Assembly: GCA_043228905.1 (NCBI GenBank)
Contig: JBHGNT010000004.1
Span: forward strand, 21,762,001-21,826,000
Direction: 5' to 3'
DNA length: 64,000 nt
Origin: Azolla caroliniana
Lineage: Eukaryota > Plantae > Polypodiophyta
Numbering within the stretch: the stretch's first letter is position 1; the number at the start of each line of letters is the position of its first letter. Positions 62,213 to 64,000 of the stretch are shown one piece after another. A program made the position numbers and the translations under genes. The notes below the pieces were generated by a model. That model did no database searches. It was not told the origin of the DNA and saw nothing but the letters and a program-made list of their open reading frames with translations.

Positions 62213-64000
62213 TCCGGAGTCGGTTTTCCCGGCATCCCTTGCTCCCTCGTCCGAGACCCTCGTGGTCCCGCCCCTTCTACACACATGCACGTAATAACAC
62301 GACATCTTTGATGAACCCGACGTGAAGGGAGGCAAGGGAGAATGGAGTTGGAAGAAGACGACTTCATGCAACTTTTTGTCGAAGCAGTGAGAGAGTTTGG
62401 ACGAGCAACAACAAAAAGAGAGACGACGCAACAAGCCGTTGAGCGAGTGGTCGAAAGAGTCGGCCGTTTCAATGGGGACAAAGTCCCATTCTACTTGGAA
62501 GCCTACAACGCGGAAATGGAGGAGCGAGACGTAGACGAGGCATTGAGGTTGGGGTTCTTCTGTCGGGTTGTCGCCGTCCGCATGCACGCTGAAGTGAAGG
62601 AGCTATGAGAAGCTCATAGTTTGTGGGAGGTCTTCGAAGAGGCGCTCCTGCAGGCATATGGAGGACGGTGGAAGAGCCGGGGACGACGCGGCTTCGACCA
62701 GTGGGTGGCATCGGCGAAGACCCACCGGGGTGCAATGAAGGCGCTCCGAGAGTTCGAGCGATGGCTTACTCGGCTCCCGGAGCGGGAGCAAGGTTTGGTG
62801 GGGACGGACAAAGTCCAGTTGTTCGTTAGGTCGATCGACCGAGAGGAACGGGAGGCCATCGGGATTGAGCTTGAAGACGAGGACGGAGCGAATGGCCTTA
62901 CGGATGACTGGTCGAAGGTCGGAAGGGTATGCCAATGACTAGATAACGAGTGGGCCGAGAAGGCTAGGAAGAAGGCGCGCAACGGCGCACCATCATAGCG
63001 GGAAGAGGTCGAGCGACAAAGAGAGTTGGCAAGGCTCAACTTCGGGGCTAGGATTGCGGAGGCGTATGCAGCTCTCGAGGCAATGCTCGAGGAAGAGGAA
63101 AGATCGAGGCTGCAAGCCGACGCTGGGGAGACGGACCTACCCCACGAGATGGCAGAAGATCGGTACGACGGTACCACGGGAGAGGGTGCAGAAAAAAACG
63201 CCCTCTCGGATTGTGGAGATAGAGCGGCCGAGGACAAGGCCGAGATACCGATCGCAGAATTGGAACGTTAGGACCGGCGGTTTTAGGCACGTCAGCCCGA
63301 AACTCCAGGCATTGGAGAAGCAAGCCCAGGCGGGGCTTGTGCGATCGAGAAGAAGACGACCACCGACCACGAGGAGTCGGTGGCTACGGACAAGGGCGTA
63401 AATAGGACGGGCGATTCTACGCGTCTTCCCACACTTTCTCCCAAGACGATGGTAGTCGGGCCCGAGTGCCCACGTGAGTCCCAAGAGGAGGAAGGTGGCG
63501 GCGTGAGACCGAGAATCGCCGACGAGACGATACGAGGAAGGAGCGGACTAGAGCCCTCGGAACCGATTCCGAAGAACTCGGCATTCGGGCCCTTACGCCC
63601 ACATGAGACCGAGGAGATGGATGATGGTATCGAGGAGTCCTGGTACGAGGCCAGTGAAGATGGATGGGAAATGGCCCGCGAGAAGGTCGACGAAGGAACC
63701 AAGAAACGACCTGACTGGGGACCGAACCGCGCAACACTCCGACTCGGGTCAAGCGCGATGCGGTCGTGGATTGTTCGACCGAGGCCAGAATCGGCATGAA
63801 GGAGTCGATATGGGAGGGGGTGCAAAGTGGGCCGCCCTCTTTTACATGGGGAGAATGATCGACCGGGCGAAGGTCGGGAATCAGGAAGAAGATGATTGAG
63901 GGCACGAAACGAGTCCGGTAGGATCGGCATCGAAGCCGAATCTCCGGACATTGGAGAATCAAGCCCAGGTAGGGCTTGATGGATCATAGAGCGGATGCTA
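61577..64000 (+). mobile_element. Ty3/gypsy element 5' part (LTR, PBS, degenerate gag), runs off the window
   Basis: LTR TGTCGTGAAG...CGACA 61577-62304, PBS TGATGAACCCGACGTGA 62309-62325. The gag-like VGRFNGDKVPFYLEAY..WEVFEEALL..VQLFVRSID is homologous to the 57.7-58.2 kb gag. Confidence 0.85.

Noticed and set aside
62080-63987. Many long ORFs on both strands
   Set aside because: They are shadow ORFs of a GC-rich gypsy gag region.

Overview
Eukaryotic, TE-rich land-plant genomic DNA. It has spliceosomal introns and tRNA-iMet- and tRNA-Trp-primed LTR elements; a non-seed plant is plausible but not provable from this window. Three host-type genes are present: a PHD + SPOC-like AIPP2/PAIPP2-type gene (16424-19413, -), a C-terminally truncated IRK-interacting-protein-like gene (39793-41691, +) and an intact DUF789 gene (47258-50275, -). 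Most of the rest is nested Ty1/copia and Ty3/gypsy relics, solo LTRs with recoverable TSDs, and RTEX-like LINE 3' ends. The stand-out feature lies at about 3.5-11 kb. A six-exon gene of about 971 codons encodes a ParB-like domain fused to a prokaryote/phage-type beta-class amino (6mA/4mC) DNA methyltransferase. It sits head-to-head, about 290 bp apart, with a Sola-like DDD transposase carrying a C-terminal BAH/Tudor-like barrel. This is a candidate DNA transposon carrying its own non-5mC DNA-modification module. This copy is decayed, and no TIRs could be found by eye. All family calls come from motif recognition, not database searches.
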